The notes below the pieces were generated by a model, which saw nothing but the letters and a program-made list of their open reading frames with translations, was not told the origin of the DNA and ran no database searches. Below, in pieces: positions 59,801 to 64,000 of a DNA stretch of 64,000 bases. Location: positions 14,488,755 to 14,552,754 of the forward strand of contig CM119266.1 of assembly GCA_051294375.1 (NCBI GenBank), in the 5' to 3' direction. Source of the DNA: Paraspadella gotoi. Lineage: Eukaryota > Animalia > Chaetognatha. Each line of letters opens with the position of its first letter. The first letter of the stretch is position 1. The position numbers and the translations under genes were made by a program.

Positions 59801-62800
59801 ATATGTTGGTGGAGCTTCCATTCGCTGCCTTTTTCCTTTCTAAAATATTTGGTCAACGAGGGGGTGACGTAGACTTTCACCATCTGGCATCTCTCGACCC
59901 TGAAATCTACGATGGGCTTCTTTATATGAAAAATTACCGGTAAATAGAGTTTTAGAAGGTTATCTATTGGGAAACTCTGGTCTTTTCCTATTCCTGAACT
60001 CTTCCTAGGGGTGACGTAAAAAACGACCTCAACCTCGATTTTTCACTTTTGGTGGACGAATTCGGGGAGACTCGCCGCGTGGATTTGAAGCCCAACGGAA
60101 GGGAGATAACCGTGGATGACGGAAACCGAATAGAATTCATACACTTGGTCGCCGATTTTTACCTCAACAAGAGAATCAGGACTCAGTGCAAAGCCTTTTA
60201 CAAAGGTTTGTCAAGCTCAAAGAAAAAACATTTTTATTGAAAAAGAACTTTTGTAGCAGTAGTATTTCATACCTTGCTATTCGTCCGAGAATCAGCAGCA
60301 TCTATCAGCATTCTTTAAACTGTTTTTTATTCAGGATTAGCGGACGTTGTGGACCTAGAATGGCTGAGAATGTTCAACTACCACGAGCATCAGGTCATCA
60401 TTTCTGGCGCCTCGCACCCCGTCGATCTGGCCGATCTGCGAATTCACACCCACTACTCGGGAGGATACGCCGACGATCATCCCGTCATACAGAACTTCTG
60501 GGAAGTGGTACGTTTTTCACCTAGTACCGACGACACATTGAAAATTTAATCACATATTTTAGTGCTATAAATAAATTTTCTTTCGCTCCAGGCCGAAGGG
60601 TTCGACGAACGCAAGCGTCGCGCGCTCCTCAAATTCGTTACTTCCTGTTCAAGACCTCCGTTGTTGGGATTCAAAGACTTGTACCCCGCCTTTTGCATTC
60701 ACTCCGGCGGCGCCGATGAATCGAGGCTACCGTCCGCGGCCACTTGCATGAACCTTCTCAAGTTGCCGGAATACAAGGTGGTGCCCCGATTGTGTTTCCT
60801 GGAATGTCACACGAATTTACCCTCTCTTTCCTTCTTGTTCCCCCAGGACGTCGACAATCTGCGATCAAAGATCACTTACGCCATCGAGAGCGGAGCCGGA
60901 TTCGAACTTAGCTAGCAGAAAAGTTTACCAGAAGTACTTCCTCGTTCACGAAATCGATTATCCGTTCTAATCGTCTATTTTTTTTTAAACCGTGTATTGT
61001 TTGTTATAGATTCTATAAAAACGTATGAGCCTTACGACCTTTAAATCTAGTCGGTAAAATAAACGATGGAAAACATACAAGTTCACGTTTCCTATTAAAT
61101 TAAGTTAGGAGAGCCCAGTCGATTTTTTGTAAGTCAACAAACTCACCTTGCTCGCACTTCTTCGTTGCTTTCCGATGGTCGGCGACAAGGGTTTATCCTT
61201 CGCGTTCGGAGCCGCGTCATCTGGCGTCGGCGAAGAGGAGCCGGATATGGAGTCGTAAATATCCCCGCGACGGTGGGAGAAAATAGACCCCGCGGCGTCG
61301 CGAATTGCTGCAAATAGAAGTGGTGATACTTTTAAACAAGTTTGAGCAAACAATGTCGGATCTGCCCCACGATCATTATCGGTAATTAATTATTTGATCC
61401 GAAATGTTTGTTTGATTGATTGACTGATTAATTAATTATTTATTAACTAATTGATTAATTCACTGATTAATTATTTGATTAATTAATACATTTTGCATTT
61501 ACATTTAATATAAAGGAAAAAGAAGCATAATCAATTAGTGAAACAGGTTTTTTGTTTTTTCTATTTAAACTCATTTCCACTCGGACGATTTCATCGAAAC
61601 TTCATATCCAGCTTAATCACATACTTTCCTACCCACATACAAAATTTCAGGTCAATCGCCCATCCACTCATGAGTAATTGGCGTTCAAATAGTTAAATAT
61701 ATTTTTTTTTCCATTTAAACCCATTTACCCTTACCTACCCACACACAAAATTTTATTCCAATCCATCCATCCAATCACGAGCTATTGGAGTTTTTTTCTA
61801 AGGTGGGACGGACGGACGGACATTGTTTTTTTTTGTGCATAATTTATCATAATTCGATGTTCTGACATGAATTATAGAGTCGGGATCTGCTGATAAGCAG
61901 ATCCGACTAAAAACCTAGTCAGTTCATAATCGATTGAAAAAACTATTCGGGTAAAAACGATTGCATAGCATAATAATAATGTGAACTAACCTTTAAGATC
62001 AGTTCCATCAAACGGAAACGACCGTTGACGTGTCGGCGATATTTCATCCACAGGCAAAGACTTCACCGAAGACCTTTGAGGAGTCTTTTGCTTACGCGCT
62101 TCATAGGAAGGAAGGGGTAAAGGGGATCGTTGAGTTCAATACTTAAGTCAATTTGAAAAACAACATTGCTTCTTTTCGTCCGTTTGTTTTTCTTGAACGT
62201 TGCTCGAAGCGCCACATTCGTCTTCCTCGAATTTTCTCTCACCTTTGACACCACCGTTGAGAACGGAGCCCGTTTTCTGCCCGTAATTGGATTGCGGATA
62301 GTCTTCGCTTATCTGGGTGGGAGAGTTAAGAAAGTCGTTGATTTGTTGTTAGGAAGGAGCGGAAAGAAAGAGAAGGGGCGGGAAAAATACTAGAAAGCAG
62401 TTCCAAATCCTAATGTAATGATGGGATGATGGAAAAATGTAAGCGCTTCACCCCTTCCTCGATACCTCTTTTTCTCTATTCCAGCCTCTATTCTCAACTT
62501 AATTCTCTCTCGCTCTCTATCACTTTCATTTGTTTTCATTAAGAATCTCCGTCGCCTAACGGAAAAAAGTATACCCGCCGGAAATGATTTCGATCCTTAC
62601 ATTTGATTCTGGCGGAAAGTGGTTTTTGGCTTCGGCGGCCGTTCCTCTGTCCTCATCGATGACCAGCGACGGTGGGGGCGTGGTGGGAAGATCGCCGCTC
62701 GCCTCCGCGAACTGGAGGTTGTGATAAGTAAAGTAAAGAAATTAATGATGGTATAAGCCAATGATAAATGGTAAGTTATTGGTCTTTAAAATCCTGTTCG

Positions 62801-63052
62801 TTTGTTGGCAGGTGTGGCTTTTTAATTTTTTTATAAACCGGTTCGCGGAAGGTTTCAACAAAAGATGATAATTATTAATGCACTCATCTGTACAGACTGT
62901 AGTTGCTTGAATTTTATCCGGCTTCCAATGATAAAATATTGGAAAGTTCGATGAACCAATTTCATAATTTTATCAAATTACCTCTTCTGTCCCAGAATGT
63001 TTTCCTACGCTCTTCTCGCAACTGTTGCAATTTTCATCTTGAGCAGTTGTCG
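53878..63052 (-). CDS. RREB1: RREB1 / hindsight-like C2H2 transcription factor, short form with 6 fingers; 5'-most exon uncertain (possible ATG 63643)
   Basis: [72 protein letters not shown] and [15 protein letters not shown]. Upstream exons 62982-63052, 62601-62711, 62243-62312 and 61147-61307 splice in frame to the exon starting at 56089. Confidence 0.85.
56652..60915 (+). CDS. UBE3C: HECT E3 ubiquitin ligase UBE3C, nested antisense in an RREB1 intron
   Basis: N-terminus [19 protein letters not shown] motif [39 protein letters not shown], catalytic [14 protein letters not shown] and terminal GFELS. AATAAA lies near 61059. Confidence 0.95.
61333..61913 (+). mobile_element. Second HINE/DINE-1-like element (RREB1 intron)
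   Basis: 5' TAAACAAG. GTCGGATCTGC (61355-61365) is inverted relative to GCAGATCCGAC (61897-61907). Internal ATTA/TTGA, ATCC and GGAC tetranucleotide tracts precede the 3' end TGAATTATAG-[hairpin]-AAAAA. Confidence 0.65.
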
Positions 63053-63098
63053 CTGAGGAGAAAAGAAATGTTATTGATCAATACATATGACCTTACAT

Positions 63099-63259
63099 AT
63101 GAAATTGGTACAACCAATATAAAAATTATCTTGCCCCTGACTTTGGACAAGCTTTGGTGGTTTAAGGCCTCCATCACTCTTAGAAGATAATGCACAGCAG
63201 GTCCCTGCAAGCTTTCAATCAAAACTCTCTCACAGTCCTTTTAATCACTCCCAGGGTAC
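63099..63259. repeat. Dispersed repeat, copy 2
   Basis: Same orientation as, and highly similar to, 34545-34731. Confidence 0.85.
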
Positions 63260-64000
63260 GTGTTACAGTAAAGTTTTTTTGGTTGTTTTTTTTTTTCTGA
63301 AAGAAAACGGCAAACAAATAATTGCGGGAATGGTTGCAAAAAATCAAGTTAGTAAAGATGCTAAAAACAATCAGAAGCTTTATACTCTTATAGCCATAGC
63401 TTTCCTTATATTTAAGTCGTGAAAAAATCGTATAAAGAATACTATTCAATAGTATAGTATTTAATATTTGCTATTCCCTTGCTTGGTGATGAATTTCGTG
63501 TTTAATATCTTTATGAATGACAAACATTGTCTATTGTCGAACATTCTCGTAAAGAACGTTAATTGTTTGAAAAAACTCATAAAGATGCCTTGACGATCGT
63601 TTGGCGAGAGGAGAAACTGGTTTCTCGTATCCCACAACCACATCTCCCAGAGTTTCGTCGTTTCGAAAAGTATTTATCAGAGGGCGACGCCTTTCTTCTA
63701 AGTTCTCGCCCTCGCATTTAATTATCATTTTACACTTCTCTTTATGTTCTCTCTTTCTTTTCCTATCTTTCAAAAGCCGTAAATCAGGACCGATGTTTAA
63801 CCAGTCCGGTGACTTAAAAAAAAACCGAATAACGGGCATCTTTTCCTTGGAATGAATGAGGTTAATAAATAATTTCACGTTTGAAATAAGAAGCTTATAA
63901 ATTCTGTCATCCATGCCGAATTGATCGCGGGGCGTTTTTTTGCGATTTTCTCAGCTTGTCTCGTTCTTTCTTCTATTTTGACTTTTATACGTGCCTTGTG

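Noticed and set aside
63531-63914. 127-aa ORF at the right edge
   Set aside because: It has no recognisable homology, is AT-rich at both ends and lacks a convincing phase-compatible donor. It is more likely the RREB1 5' region.

Overview
This is a gene-dense metazoan (invertebrate-like) genomic window with short AT-rich spliceosomal introns, CpG-rich exons and one 10-N gap. Seven co-oriented minus-strand genes (ATAD2, a C2H2 zinc-finger gene, mucolipin/TRPML, an orphan 976-aa single-exon ORF, OGG1, iRhom, TRPC4AP) diverge from four plus-strand units (group I PAK, EHD/RME-1, an orphan, TMEM41B). These converge on a short RREB1/hindsight gene that carries UBE3C nested antisense in one intron. 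The most notable signal is an in-frame, frame-required exon encoding a TET/IDAX-type CXXC zinc finger inside ATAD2, giving AAA+ ATPase + bromodomain + CXXC. Other highlights are an intronic C/D snoRNA predicted to guide U6 Am53, a large orphan exon that opens exactly at a splice acceptor just downstream of OGG1, several GC-AG introns, an operon-like layout, and two HINE/DINE-like elements with co-varying inverted repeats. All gene models are hand-spliced, no database searches were run, and the organism is not identified.
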